64,000 bases of DNA from Alphaproteobacteria bacterium (GCA_017554665.1 JAFZHX010000003.1:1647-65646); one strand, 5' to 3'. Shown: positions 31,367-41,335, numbered from the stretch's first letter. Notes: generated by a model from the letters alone, not told the origin. Program-made: numbers and translations.

Positions 31367-32385
31367 TATCTTAGAAACGAGTTCTTTGTGTCAATAAGTA
31401 TTTGTCTGATTTCTTCGTATTGGGCATTTTTTACCAAGTCGCGTCTAATATCTTTCAAAGGACGTGGATTGCCCTGTTTGTCGCGCCATCTTGCGTGAAT
31501 TTTACGCCCAGAGTTTTCACCAAGTGTTACATTTCCCATTGTGTCGAATGCCATTAGTAGGCAACCATCGCTGTTAGCAAAGCTGAATTGAGGGTATTCT
31601 ATTTTCTTTGCGTTTGTCAGGTTTGCAGCACGTCCACCATTAAACAGTTGTGCGTTCGTAGAAGTTTGTAAAATAACAGCGCCATCGTTTATAACAATCA
31701 CCGGAATAGGGGCAGAATTTGTAGATAGCATTTGTAAAAACTCTACTTTTAATTCTTTGTCTTGTTTTAATTTTTCTTCAAAATCATTCATTACATCTAT
31801 TTGGTCGTTAAAACCTGATATATGCAACATAATTCTGTCGTTTTTAGATTTTGCTAGTTCCCGGATGATTTGAATATTGTTTTCAAGCGCATTCGGATGA
31901 TATTTGTCCATAGACAAAGAAATTTGAAACAAAGATACCCATTTTTGATATTTTTGTGCCATATCTGTAAAATCATCGATAATTTGTTCTCTAAGGTTTG
32001 TGCGTACCCATGCTCCATTAGTTTTTATATCAAGACCAATATTTTTGTCCATAATATGTTTCATAATATTTGGTACGTAGTCTTTTGGTCCAAATTTATA
32101 TGCCGACATAATCTCACCACCTGTCAAGACGATAGATTTGCTGAATTGAGGGTCTTGATTTGCTTGGTCTGTATAGTATTTAATAACTTGTTCTGGCATG
32201 AATTCGCGTGGTCTGTGCGGACCTGCGTTTTCACAACAGTGTGGGCAATTATACCAACACCAATGCGTTGCTTTGAAAACGATTATGTATGGCAATCTGC
32301 GGACAAAACCGCCAACAGGCAGTATGTTGTCTGCAAAATTATTAAAAGAGTTTTGTATTATAGACACATTTGCATAATAATACAA
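31366..32385 (-). CDS. Radical SAM domain protein of unknown function
   Basis: CWYNCPHC (CxxxCxxC) cluster near N-terminus and VLTGGE (GGE) motif. Confidence 0.55.
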   Translation of the reverse strand: MYYYANVSIIQNSFNNFADNILPVGGFVRRLPYIIVFKATHWCWYNCPHCCENAGPHRPREFMPEQVIKYYTDQANQDPQFSKSIVLTGGEIMSAYKFGPKDYVPNIMKHIMDKNIGLDIKTNGAWVRTNLREQIIDDFTDMAQKYQKWVSLFQISLSMDKYHPNALENNIQIIRELAKSKNDRIMLHISGFNDQIDVMNDFEEKLKQDKELKVEFLQMLSTNSAPIPVIVINDGAVILQTSTNAQLFNGGRAANLTNAKKIEYPQFSFANSDGCLLMAFDTMGNVTLGENSGRKIHARWRDKQGNPRPLKDIRRDLVKNAQYEEIRQILIDTKNSFLR

Positions 32386-32415
32386 AAAATATAGTTTGTC
32401 AATATATAATACAAA

Positions 32416-32448
32416 TAAAAAAAACGCCCCAAATGGGGCGCAATTTTA
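32416..32448 (-). terminator. Intrinsic terminator downstream of pal
   Basis: minus strand: CGCCCCatttGGGGCG followed by TTTTTTTT. Confidence 0.55.
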
Positions 32449-32459
32449 AACAAAAACTA

Positions 32460-32873
32460 TTATTTAACAGTTGTTGTTGCATTACGGTTCATTTTCCAAA
32501 CTTTTTCGCCTGAACCTTTTGCCAATGGGCGTTCTTTACCATAAGAGATAGTAGAAATACGTTTTGCGCTAACACCATCGTTTACGATAACTGATTTAGC
32601 CGCGTTTGCACGACGTGCGCCCAAAGCCAAGTTATATTCTGTAGAACCACGTTCGTCGCAGTTACCCGCGATTTGGATTTTTACATCTTCGTGATTCTTC
32701 ATATACAAAGCCTGACCCAACAAGTTGTTTTTAGCTTCTTTAGAGATTTCAGCAGAGTTGAAATCAAAGAAAACGCGTTGATCGTTCAAGTCAGCTGGTT
32801 CAACAATAGAACCACCGCATGCGGCCAACAAGCCCGCAATACCTGCCAACATAGCAATATTTTTAATTTTCAT
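32460..32873 (-). CDS. pal: Peptidoglycan-associated lipoprotein (OmpA-family)
   Basis: Lipobox LLAACGG after signal peptide MKIKNIAMLAGIAGL; OmpA-like C-terminal domain NCDERGSTEYNLALGARRA; start at internal ATG (cat 32871-32873). Confidence 0.8.
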   Translation of the reverse strand: MKIKNIAMLAGIAGLLAACGGSIVEPADLNDQRVFFDFNSAEISKEAKNNLLGQALYMKNHEDVKIQIAGNCDERGSTEYNLALGARRANAAKSVIVNDGVSAKRISTISYGKERPLAKGSGEKVWKMNRNATTTVK

Positions 32874-32950
32874 GAAAATACTCCCTTGAGTTTTTGTTGC
32901 TCGTGCTATATTGTATAATGAAACGTTTGAAAAATCAAGGAAAAACAAAA

Positions 32951-33703
32951 ATGTTCAAAGACGCATTGCGTGATTTATCTTTGGCAGGGGTGCAGTGGGA
33001 ACTGACTGAAAATGTTACTGTTGCACCATATGCTTCACAAAATCAGAAAGAGGAAAAGGCAATGGTTAATATGCCTGGACGTTCTGTGTCTGCGGTTGTG
33101 CCACCAATTGCGCCTGTGCAGTCCATTTCGTTGGATACTGTTCGTTCTATGGCATCGCGTCCAACTGATATAAAAGCTTTGAGCAGAATGATACAAGAGT
33201 TTAATCATCCTTTGCGAAGTGTTGCTACGAACACGGTTTTGCCACACATAGGACAGGGTAAATTATTAATTTTGACAGATATACCAAGTTCAGATGATGA
33301 TGCATCTGGTACCGTACTATCTGGCGAAGTTGGTAATTTGATGGACAAGATGTTAAATGCAATTGGTTTATCGCGTGCGGATGTTTCTATTATTCCAATG
33401 CTGTTTTGGCGCACACCAGGTGGCCGTTCTCCTTCAAGAGAAGAACTAGATTTGTCGCGTCCGTTTATAAACAAAGCGATAGAGTTACTGGCACCAAGTG
33501 TTATTTTGACGCTTGGCACATTGCCTGCGTCAGAGTATGCAAATATAAATTTAGCTAAATCACATGGTGTACCAACTGTTCTTGAGAGTGGTATTACATT
33601 GGTACCTATTTTTCATCCTAATTATTTGATACTTAAACCTGCAGCTAAAAGAGATGTTTGGAATGCATTGCAAAATATGCAAAATATCTTGAAAAATGCG
33701 TAG
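32951..33703 (+). CDS. Uracil-DNA glycosylase superfamily protein (family 4/5-like, degenerate motifs)
   Basis: LLILTDIPSSDDDASG...SGEVGNLMDKML...HPNYL resembles UDG-like fold; start assumed at MFKDALRDL. Confidence 0.5.
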   Translation: MFKDALRDLSLAGVQWELTENVTVAPYASQNQKEEKAMVNMPGRSVSAVVPPIAPVQSISLDTVRSMASRPTDIKALSRMIQEFNHPLRSVATNTVLPHIGQGKLLILTDIPSSDDDASGTVLSGEVGNLMDKMLNAIGLSRADVSIIPMLFWRTPGGRSPSREELDLSRPFINKAIELLAPSVILTLGTLPASEYANINLAKSHGVPTVLESGITLVPIFHPNYLILKPAAKRDVWNALQNMQNILKNA

Positions 33704-33745
33704 ATTTTGTTAATAATTCTCTTATGTTTAACAAAGGAGCTTAAC

Positions 33746-34294
33746 ATTAAACCTACATTCAATCGTGATAATCGCCGTGATATGGGACCACGTATAAATA
33801 ATAAAATTACAGCCAAGACTGTACAGGTAATTAGTTCAGAAGGACAAAATTTGGGTGTTATGCCACTTAATCAGGCATTGCAGATTGCGTCAGACGAAGG
33901 TGTTGATTTAGTAGAAATGAATGCAAACGCACCTGTGCCTATTGTAAAGGTTATGGATTACGGCAAGTTCAAGTATGAACAAAAGAAACGCGCATCCGAA
34001 GCTCGTAAAAATCAAAAAACAACAGAATTAAAAGATGTTTGGGTAAAACCTTTTATTGAAGAAAACGACCTGAATATCAAAATGAAGAAAGTTTTTGAAT
34101 TTTTGGCCGAAGGCAACAAAGTAAAAGTTTCTGTTATGACCAGGGGTAACAAGCGTGTGTTGGCTCGTGGTAAGGATGCAGTTCCAGAATTGTTTGCTCA
34201 TATAATGGAAATTGTTGGTGACAAGGGTGTTATGGAATCAAAGTCAAAACCAGACGAAAGAACAAAATCAATTATAATTGCACCAGCAAAATAA
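33746..34294 (+). CDS. infC: Translation initiation factor IF-3 (AUU start codon)
   Basis: EGQNLGVMPLNQALQIASDEGVDLVEMNANAPVPIVKVMDYGKFKYE; in-frame ATT at 33746 preceded 6 nt by AAAGGAG, matching the conserved infC AUU start. Confidence 0.8.
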   Translation: MKPTFNRDNRRDMGPRINNKITAKTVQVISSEGQNLGVMPLNQALQIASDEGVDLVEMNANAPVPIVKVMDYGKFKYEQKKRASEARKNQKTTELKDVWVKPFIEENDLNIKMKKVFEFLAEGNKVKVSVMTRGNKRVLARGKDAVPELFAHIMEIVGDKGVMESKSKPDERTKSIIIAPAK

Positions 34295-34327
34295 AAAAAA
34301 TCCCCAATTTGGGGATTTCTTTTTTTA
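34292..34327. terminator. Bidirectional intrinsic terminator (CCCC family)
   Basis: aaaaaaaaTCCCCaattTGGGGAtttcttttttt. Confidence 0.6.
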
Positions 34328-34927
34328 TACCAAGCAAGCTAGGGTTGCGCCTGCGTTCTTAAGCATAAACCAGCCAATTCTATAATCTGTTGCATATACT
34401 GTAAACAAGAACAATGCCAGAATAGCGATAACGATTAACACACTACCGCGTCTTCCGCGCATACAATACAAAGATATATTATAGAACAATGATAATACAT
34501 AGATATCAACAACAAGGCTGATAACCCATATAGATGTACAATTAAATGCCAAGGCATTTAAAACTAAGATAACAGGGTATATAAAGAATACCGAAGCCAA
34601 CCCCTTGATTGCGATTTCCCAATCGCGTTCGCCACCAGTGATTTCAGATACCAACATTAAAAGTCCGCCCATAACAAACAGCAAAGCGACAGCCAATACT
34701 GGAACTATGATAATTGCAGTAAATATCGAGCCCAGTGTGATAGATGCGCCGCCAATTAGTCTGATAAGCAAGACCAGTACACCACCCAGTAATCCATACA
34801 AGAAAGCTTTTAACATAGATTCTTCCATGTTTCCATCAGCAACAATCTTTGTAAAATAGCGCTTTGGGTTAACGATAATGTCGTGTATATGTTTCAATGC
34901 GTTTTTTAATTTTCGTTTCATATTCAT
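34325..34927 (-). CDS. Hypothetical polytopic membrane protein (Yip1-like topology)
   Basis: 200 aa, ~5 hydrophobic segments, basic N-terminus. Confidence 0.4.
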   Translation of the reverse strand: MNMKRKLKNALKHIHDIIVNPKRYFTKIVADGNMEESMLKAFLYGLLGGVLVLLIRLIGGASITLGSIFTAIIIVPVLAVALLFVMGGLLMLVSEITGGERDWEIAIKGLASVFFIYPVILVLNALAFNCTSIWVISLVVDIYVLSLFYNISLYCMRGRRGSVLIVIAILALFLFTVYATDYRIGWFMLKNAGATLACLV

Positions 34928-34986
34928 GCCCCATTTGATTATTTATATTTTTGCTTTATAATTATAAAAAATCAATGGAAAAAACA

Positions 34987-36327
34987 ATGATAAAAGTAAC
35001 AATTGCAGGACGTCCAAATACAGGTAAGTCCACATTATTTAATGCTTTGACAGGCACTCGTGATGCGCTGGTTCATGACAGACCAGGTGTTACACGCGAT
35101 ACAATATCAGGCATGTTTCGCAACCGTCCATATACGCTGTATGACACAGCAGGCTTGGAAAACGCGCGTTCTGGCATTGCGCTAGATTCGACAAATATGG
35201 CATTTACTGCTATTGCGGAATCTGATGCAGTATTGTTTGTTGTTGACGGTCGCACAGGTCTAACTAATGAAGATCTTGATTGGGCTCGTTTGGTAAAGCG
35301 TAAAACTCGCGCACCGGTGTTGTTGTTGGTTAACAAAAGCGAATCGGAAAAGCGCTTATCAAATGTTCATGACTTTTATAAGTTGGGCTTTGGTGAACCT
35401 GTACTAATCTCTGCAGAACATAAACGCGGATTTGATACAGTTTTTGACTTTTTGGACAAGATATCTGGCTTAACAGAAACAGAAGAAATAGAACAACCAG
35501 AACAGCAGGCGGATAATCGTATCAAGATTGCGGTATTGGGGCAGCCTAATGTTGGTAAATCTACATTTGTAAATCGTGTGTTGGGCGAAAAAAGACAGAT
35601 TGTTATGGACGCTCCTGGTGTTACACGCGATACTGTAAAGATTCCAACTAAATTTTATGGTCGTGATATTGTTTTGATGGACACAGCTGGTTTGCGTCGC
35701 AAGGCTGGTGTTACAGATGATGTTGAAACATTGTCTGCTTTAAAGTCTTTGGATGCAATTGACAAGGCCGATGTTGTTATTTTGATGGTAGACTCGACCA
35801 AGAATATAGAAAATCAAGCACTTGGAATTGCTGCTCGTGTATATAATGCGGGCAAGATTTTGTGTGTTGCACTGAATAAGTGGGACTTGGTAGAACCGGA
35901 ATTGCGCGATGAAAAGCTATTAAAGCTAAAACATCAGTTTTCAAATTCTTTCCATCAGATTATAAAGCCTATGATATTGGCTGTATCTGCAGAAACAGGA
36001 ACAGGTGTTCAGAATATGTTCCGCAGAATTTACGAACAGTGGGATATTTCTATGGCTCAAGCTCCGACTAGTTTAATTAACAGAATTGTTGAAAAGCTGG
36101 TTGCAGACAGACAGCCACCTCTATCTCGTTTGAAAAGACCTATGAAGATAAAGTTTGCTCGTCAAACGGGTCGTCATCCAATGAAGATAACAATAAATGT
36201 TGGTGGTGCTTCTGATATTCCAGAATCATACACTCGTTATTTGCGTCGTGGTTTAGCGACCGCCCTAAAGTGGGAGCATTTACCAATAGTGATAGAGTAT
36301 GATAAAGCAGAAAACCCATATGATTAA
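34987..36327 (+). CDS. der: Ribosome biogenesis GTPase Der (EngA), two tandem GTPase domains + KH
   Basis: MIKVTIAGRPNTGKSTLFN and second G1 IAVLGQPNVGKSTFVN. Confidence 0.9.
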   Translation: MIKVTIAGRPNTGKSTLFNALTGTRDALVHDRPGVTRDTISGMFRNRPYTLYDTAGLENARSGIALDSTNMAFTAIAESDAVLFVVDGRTGLTNEDLDWARLVKRKTRAPVLLLVNKSESEKRLSNVHDFYKLGFGEPVLISAEHKRGFDTVFDFLDKISGLTETEEIEQPEQQADNRIKIAVLGQPNVGKSTFVNRVLGEKRQIVMDAPGVTRDTVKIPTKFYGRDIVLMDTAGLRRKAGVTDDVETLSALKSLDAIDKADVVILMVDSTKNIENQALGIAARVYNAGKILCVALNKWDLVEPELRDEKLLKLKHQFSNSFHQIIKPMILAVSAETGTGVQNMFRRIYEQWDISMAQAPTSLINRIVEKLVADRQPPLSRLKRPMKIKFARQTGRHPMKITINVGGASDIPESYTRYLRRGLATALKWEHLPIVIEYDKAENPYD

Positions 36328-36397
36328 ACACCGACAAATGTCGGTGATTTTTTTGTATAAAAATGTTATAATACAAAGTAAGTACAAGAGAGAGAGT

Positions 36398-37120
36398 ATG
36401 AAAAAAACTTCAGAAACAATAATTTCTTTAAATAATATTAACAAAAGTTTTCCTCTGGAATTGGGGGGCGAACAGCAAGTGTTGTTTGATATAAACTTTA
36501 CAATTAAGTCTGGTGAATTTGTTGCAATTATGGGCCCCAGTGGTTCAGGTAAGTCAACTTGTATGAATATCATAGGTGCGCTGGATACAGCATCTTCGGG
36601 TGTGTATGAATTATATGGACGTGATGTAACAGGTTTAACCACTGACGAGCTGGCGGTTGTAAGAAACGAATATATCGGGTTTGTTTTTCAGCAGTTTAAC
36701 TTGCTGCCAAAGCGTAGTGTATTGGATAATGTTATGTTGCCTTTGATGTATCGTGGCTTGCCAATGTCAGAAAGAATAGAACGCGCTCGTGAAATGTTAA
36801 AGCGTGTAGGTTTAGAGAATTTTGAAAGTTATTTACCAACACAATTATCTGGTGGTATGAAGCAACGTGTTGCTATTGCCCGTGCATTAGCAGGAAATCC
36901 AAAGCTAATTCTAGCGGACGAGCCAACAGGTGCGTTGGATAGTAAAATGGGTAATGAAATCTTAAAATTCTTTAAGAAGTTAAATGAAGACTTGGGGATA
37001 ACGATTGTAATGATTACGCACGAATTTGATATTGCGAAATACGCAAATAGATTAATACACGTTCGTGACGGAAGAATAAATTATGATGGCAAGATTCCAA
37101 AAGATGATAGAGGTTTATAA
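36398..37120 (+). CDS. ABC transporter ATP-binding protein (MacB/LolD-type)
   Basis: GPSGSGKST Walker A, LSGGMKQRVAIARAL signature, ILADEPTGALD Walker B. Confidence 0.85.
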   Translation: MKKTSETIISLNNINKSFPLELGGEQQVLFDINFTIKSGEFVAIMGPSGSGKSTCMNIIGALDTASSGVYELYGRDVTGLTTDELAVVRNEYIGFVFQQFNLLPKRSVLDNVMLPLMYRGLPMSERIERAREMLKRVGLENFESYLPTQLSGGMKQRVAIARALAGNPKLILADEPTGALDSKMGNEILKFFKKLNEDLGITIVMITHEFDIAKYANRLIHVRDGRINYDGKIPKDDRGL

Positions 37121-37141
37121 TTAGGGCAGGAGGATTTAAAC

Positions 37142-38359
37142 ATGACAATAAATGATATTTTGAAAGAATCTTGGCTGTCAATCAGTGGTAACAAGGTGCG
37201 TTCTTTTTTAACGGTTTTGGGTATTATTATTGGTGTTATGGCTGTTGTTATAATGGTTGCTGTGGGTGAAACTGTACAAAAGTCTATTACAGATCAGTTT
37301 TCATCACTTGGAACAAATACTATTATGATTCGTGCTGGGGCTGCTCAACAGGCAGGTGTCAGAACTGGTAATCGCAACACTTTGACAATCCAAGACGCAG
37401 AATTTATTGGCAAATTGCCGGATGTTATGGCTGTGTCACCTGTGCAAAATGGTGCAGCTCAGGCTATTTATGGTAACAAGAACTGGGGAACATCAATGGT
37501 TGGTGTTTATCCTGATTATGCAACCGTTCAAAATATTGAAATAGAATACGGAACATTCTTCGATATGTCGGCGGTCAGAAATGCATCTACATATGCGGTA
37601 ATTGGACCAGAAACAGCAGAAGAGCTTGGACTGCCAAAGAACCCTGTTGGTGAAGTTATTCGTGTTCAAAACACCCCGTTTGTTGTTATTGGTGTTACCA
37701 AGGCCAAGGGTGATTCTGCTATGGGCAGTCAAGACGATATGATTATTATTCCAATTACAACTTTGAAAAAGCGTTTGCAGGGCAGTCGTTTTCCAAATTC
37801 TGTAAATATGGTAGCTTTAAAATTGTTCGCAGAGTCTGATAATAACCTAGCTATCGAGCAGATAACATTGTTATTGCGTCAAAGACACAGATTAAAAGAA
37901 GACGCAGCAGATGATTTTCAGATTATGGATATGAAACAAGTAATGGAAACAATGACAACAGTTACCGGCTATCTAAAGTTGCTTTTGATTGCGATTGCGG
38001 CGGTGTCTTTGTTAGTTGGCGCAATAGGTATTATGAATATGATGCTTGTATCAGTAGCCGAACGCACACGTGAAATTGGTATTAGAAAGGCTATTGGTGC
38101 ACGCGAACGAATGATAATAATTCAATTCTTGTCAGAATCTGTACTGATTTCATTTATAGGCTCTATGATAGGTCTTATAGTTGGTGTTGGATTGTCGCAG
38201 GGGGTAGGGCGATTTATACTTGGGTATAGTGTTCCGTTCAGTATATGGCCAGTTGTTTTATCTGTATCTGTTGCGGTCATAGTAGGCTTGTCTTCTGGTG
38301 TTATGCCAGCGATGAAGGCGGCAAAACTAAACCCAATCGACAGTTTAAGATACGAATAA
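37142..38359 (+). CDS. ABC transporter permease, FtsX/MacB family with large periplasmic domain
   Basis: N-terminal TM, ~230-aa periplasmic domain, three C-terminal TMs; follows ATPase gene. Confidence 0.85.
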   Translation: MTINDILKESWLSISGNKVRSFLTVLGIIIGVMAVVIMVAVGETVQKSITDQFSSLGTNTIMIRAGAAQQAGVRTGNRNTLTIQDAEFIGKLPDVMAVSPVQNGAAQAIYGNKNWGTSMVGVYPDYATVQNIEIEYGTFFDMSAVRNASTYAVIGPETAEELGLPKNPVGEVIRVQNTPFVVIGVTKAKGDSAMGSQDDMIIIPITTLKKRLQGSRFPNSVNMVALKLFAESDNNLAIEQITLLLRQRHRLKEDAADDFQIMDMKQVMETMTTVTGYLKLLLIAIAAVSLLVGAIGIMNMMLVSVAERTREIGIRKAIGARERMIIIQFLSESVLISFIGSMIGLIVGVGLSQGVGRFILGYSVPFSIWPVVLSVSVAVIVGLSSGVMPAMKAAKLNPIDSLRYE

Positions 38360-38388
38360 AAAAATCCCCCAAACGGGGGATTTTTTAT
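38357..38388. terminator. Bidirectional intrinsic terminator (CCCCC-AAAC-GGGGG)
   Basis: aaaaaaaTCCCCCaaacGGGGGAtttttt. Confidence 0.6.
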
Positions 38389-39089
38389 AATTCTACTTTG
38401 CCGTTTGTGGCAACCAAATCTGCCATCATTTCTATTCGACCACCTGCTTCGCGTAAAATCAAATCACCTGCTGCGATTTCTGCATAATCCAGTGGGTCTG
38501 ATACATATGCATCAAATTTTCCTGCTGCAACCCAAGCCAAATCCAATGCAGGACAACCTGATACGCGACCATCGCCAATCATTGGGCGGTTGTCAGATGT
38601 ATTATAAGCAATTGTTAAATCAGATTCTTCGGATAGGTTTGAAACCTTGATGCGTGCAGAATGGAAAGCGGAAAAGACATAAGCACCACGTCCAGCTTCT
38701 GCATAGTACAATCTTTCGTCAATAGGTGAATACACCAAAGCAATCTTTGTTTCGTCATTTGAACGCAAAGCCAGCGAGATTGCAAAGTGTGGGTTAGCAC
38801 GAACAAAATTCGATGCACCTGACAAAGCCAAAACAAATTCATCACGACCATCACCAGCATGTGTTGTGTTTGGTGTTAGTAACCCTGCATTTGGACGAAC
38901 TAACAACAAGTCGGATAAAATGCTTTCTTCGATTCTCGCAGATGCTTTTTGTACGAAATCACGAGCACCACGCAAAGATTGTTGCAGGTTTTCTACTTCA
39001 CCAAAGTCGCGACGCAAACCAGAAGCTGTGCGTTGCAATGCCATAAACATCTTGTTTAATTCGGTAGAACCTTTTATCAACAATTCCAT
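38385..39089 (-). CDS. Inositol monophosphatase-family protein (divergent)
   Basis: IMPase-like pattern FAISLALRSNDE...VYSPIDERLYYAEAGRGAY...WVAAGKFDAY; motifs degenerate. Confidence 0.5.
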   Translation of the reverse strand: MELLIKGSTELNKMFMALQRTASGLRRDFGEVENLQQSLRGARDFVQKASARIEESILSDLLLVRPNAGLLTPNTTHAGDGRDEFVLALSGASNFVRANPHFAISLALRSNDETKIALVYSPIDERLYYAEAGRGAYVFSAFHSARIKVSNLSEESDLTIAYNTSDNRPMIGDGRVSGCPALDLAWVAAGKFDAYVSDPLDYAEIAAGDLILREAGGRIEMMADLVATNGKVEL

Positions 39090-39119
39090 GTCGCTGCCCC
39101 CATCAGACGAAAGTTAATT

Positions 39120-39374
39120 TTAGAAATTAAAGCCAGCAAATTTGCTTTTGAATTCTGCAGCGCGTTGACCTTTGTCGCCAGCGTTTGAACGTTGACCTGT
39201 CCATGCAGAATGGTTCAAGTTATCTGTTGATAAAACCAAGTCTTTTTTAACAGAAGAGTACATTTTTACTGTCTTGCCGTCTGTTCTTGTGACGTTGATT
39301 TCATGATATTCAGGATGAATTCCTTGTTTCATTTTATTACCCTTTTTTAGAATTTTAGCCCGTGAATTATACAA
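39120..39374 (-). CDS. rpmE: 50S ribosomal protein L31 (Cys-less type B)
   Basis: MKQGIHPEYHEINVTRTDGKTVKMYS... L31 N-terminus, no zinc ribbon cysteines. Confidence 0.8.
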   Translation of the reverse strand: MYNSRAKILKKGNKMKQGIHPEYHEINVTRTDGKTVKMYSSVKKDLVLSTDNLNHSAWTGQRSNAGDKGQRAAEFKSKFAGFNF

Positions 39375-39413
39375 GGAATTTTATAGAAATCAAGCAATAT
39401 TAACATATTAATA

Positions 39414-39926
39414 TTAATATCGACCAATACATCCCAGATAAGAATTTCCTGTAGATTCCAGGATGTTTATAAACTGATTTTGATTTTTGCCAGAAAATAG
39501 AGCCAATATTGTGCCTGTGTCAGTAGCTAGCATATCTGCAACTGTGGCAATGCCAGAGTTCATTTTCTTGAAAAATCCACTAGCTGGATAGATTTCTGCG
39601 GCAAGCAACTGATTTGCGCCACGTGGTTTCGCATTCTTCTGAGATTCTATAACCATTAACTGGCATTCCGGAGAGATAATCAGCTTATCGCTGACCACAG
39701 CATCGCTACCAAGCAATTCACCCCACCACCCGGTAGAGCCACAAAAAACAGGCATATAGATTGTTGTATTTGGATTTTGTTCCAAAATCTCGGAAATGTC
39801 TTTGTCGTCGTTACATACCTCTGGCATCACGCCGGTCGAGTTGTTTATAACTTTACGTGCCAACTGGTATTCGTTATCCCCAGTTGTTTTGCGTGGCCAA
39901 TAAAGAATCGGAAACTTTTTCATCAC
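39414..39926 (-). CDS. Hypothetical protein
   Basis: 170-aa ORF upstream of rpmE; no family recognised. Confidence 0.35.
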   Translation of the reverse strand: MMKKFPILYWPRKTTGDNEYQLARKVINNSTGVMPEVCNDDKDISEILEQNPNTTIYMPVFCGSTGWWGELLGSDAVVSDKLIISPECQLMVIESQKNAKPRGANQLLAAEIYPASGFFKKMNSGIATVADMLATDTGTILALFSGKNQNQFINILESTGNSYLGCIGRY

Positions 39927-39991
39927 TGAGAATTATATCAGATTCGGAAGATACAAAAAAGGGGGCTAGGTTAAATAAAGCACTTGATTTT

Positions 39992-41302
39992 TTAATTTTT
40001 CATCTTTTCGTACCATTTTTTAGCATCTTCCCACAAAATTTTTGTATGGTTTTTTATTTTTTCATAATACTCGGTTGATATCTGAACATTGAACAAAGAC
40101 TTGACCAGTGCGGGAATCATAGTCATAAACATAGTCAAAAACAGTCCTAATAATATAATTGTAATCAAGCTACTATTAACTGTGTTGTCGCCAGATTTTT
40201 TCAATAACAAAGCATCCATCAAGAATTTCGAATCGTTTTGTTGTATTGCGGTATTAAGTGCATCTGCACCCGCCCAGTCCCCAAAAATAGCATTCAAGAA
40301 CATAATAGCAAAGGATACAAAAACACCTGTTATTGCAATGCCAAGTGTGGCAGATATGGTATTATCAATGATTGAACGTAACGATTTTCCAACGCCAGCA
40401 AGCGAGATTTTCCAGTCTTTGAACAGCCATGCCAACAACATCAAAGGTAACATGACCAAGTCCATAGATAATTTTACAAATACTTCCAGGAAATATATTG
40501 GTATCGGCACCAGTGCCATAAAGAACAGCATCAATATTGTTGCGCCCGCAAAAAATAAAATAACATTTGGGCATATTGGTATGGTCCACATAATTTTATG
40601 CATATAGTCCGAATCGAATGCCATATTAAGCATTGTCCAGCCGATTGTCATACCAAGCCCTGTCATTTGATGGATTGCAGATATTTCACAAACTAATTGA
40701 TGTCTAAGTTTTGGCGAAAAAGCACCATTTTTTGCGGCGTTATAGTCGCTTGTCAAAGGATCTGCCGCTGCTGTTGATACAATACACACATCAAAGTCAT
40801 CGTCATGTGCCACCATGCGATTCATAGTAAGGCCAATATTAAAAATAGGTTCTATTGCGACATCTGTTATCAGTTTTGGTAATGGTATAAACAATAACAT
40901 ACACACAAAAGCCAGCTTCAAAGAATGGTTACCGAATTTTGCTGCAATATTCCAAGGTTCTTCAACCTTGCCGTTTAACATGCCGTACATCAAAGTCCAT
41001 ACAAGCCATATTATAGTTAGCCCAATTGCAATAGGTACAATAGATTGCCCAATAGCGTTATATACACGAGGTAAAAGTACAGACATAGACGATAAAACAT
41101 CTGAAAACATTTGGCATGACCAGCACCCTGAAAAGAATTGTAGCGATTCGGACATGTTAACTGGCGAAAAAGATCTGTATATTGAATATCCTACGATAGA
41201 TCCAATGCCCGTAAAAGCAGTAAGCGCAAGGGGTGAAGCAATACCTGCACTAAATGGCAGGAACGATAAAAACACTATCCAAAATTTTTTTAATCGATTC
41301 AT
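39992..41302 (-). CDS. Paralogous polytopic membrane protein 1 (VirB6/TrbL-like, putative), divergent from the array
   Basis: Signal/TM MNRLKKFWIVFLSFLPFSAG; FFSGCWSCQMFSDVL motif; core FVKLSMDLVMLPLMLLA; C-term KILWEDAKKWYEKMKN; start assumed at internal ATG (cat 41300-41302), could be 41353. Confidence 0.55.
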   Translation of the reverse strand: MNRLKKFWIVFLSFLPFSAGIASPLALTAFTGIGSIVGYSIYRSFSPVNMSESLQFFSGCWSCQMFSDVLSSMSVLLPRVYNAIGQSIVPIAIGLTIIWLVWTLMYGMLNGKVEEPWNIAAKFGNHSLKLAFVCMLLFIPLPKLITDVAIEPIFNIGLTMNRMVAHDDDFDVCIVSTAAADPLTSDYNAAKNGAFSPKLRHQLVCEISAIHQMTGLGMTIGWTMLNMAFDSDYMHKIMWTIPICPNVILFFAGATILMLFFMALVPIPIYFLEVFVKLSMDLVMLPLMLLAWLFKDWKISLAGVGKSLRSIIDNTISATLGIAITGVFVSFAIMFLNAIFGDWAGADALNTAIQQNDSKFLMDALLLKKSGDNTVNSSLITIILLGLFLTMFMTMIPALVKSLFNVQISTEYYEKIKNHTKILWEDAKKWYEKMKN

Positions 41303-41335
41303 TGTTTTTAAGTATATCATATTTTGTCCCAAATG

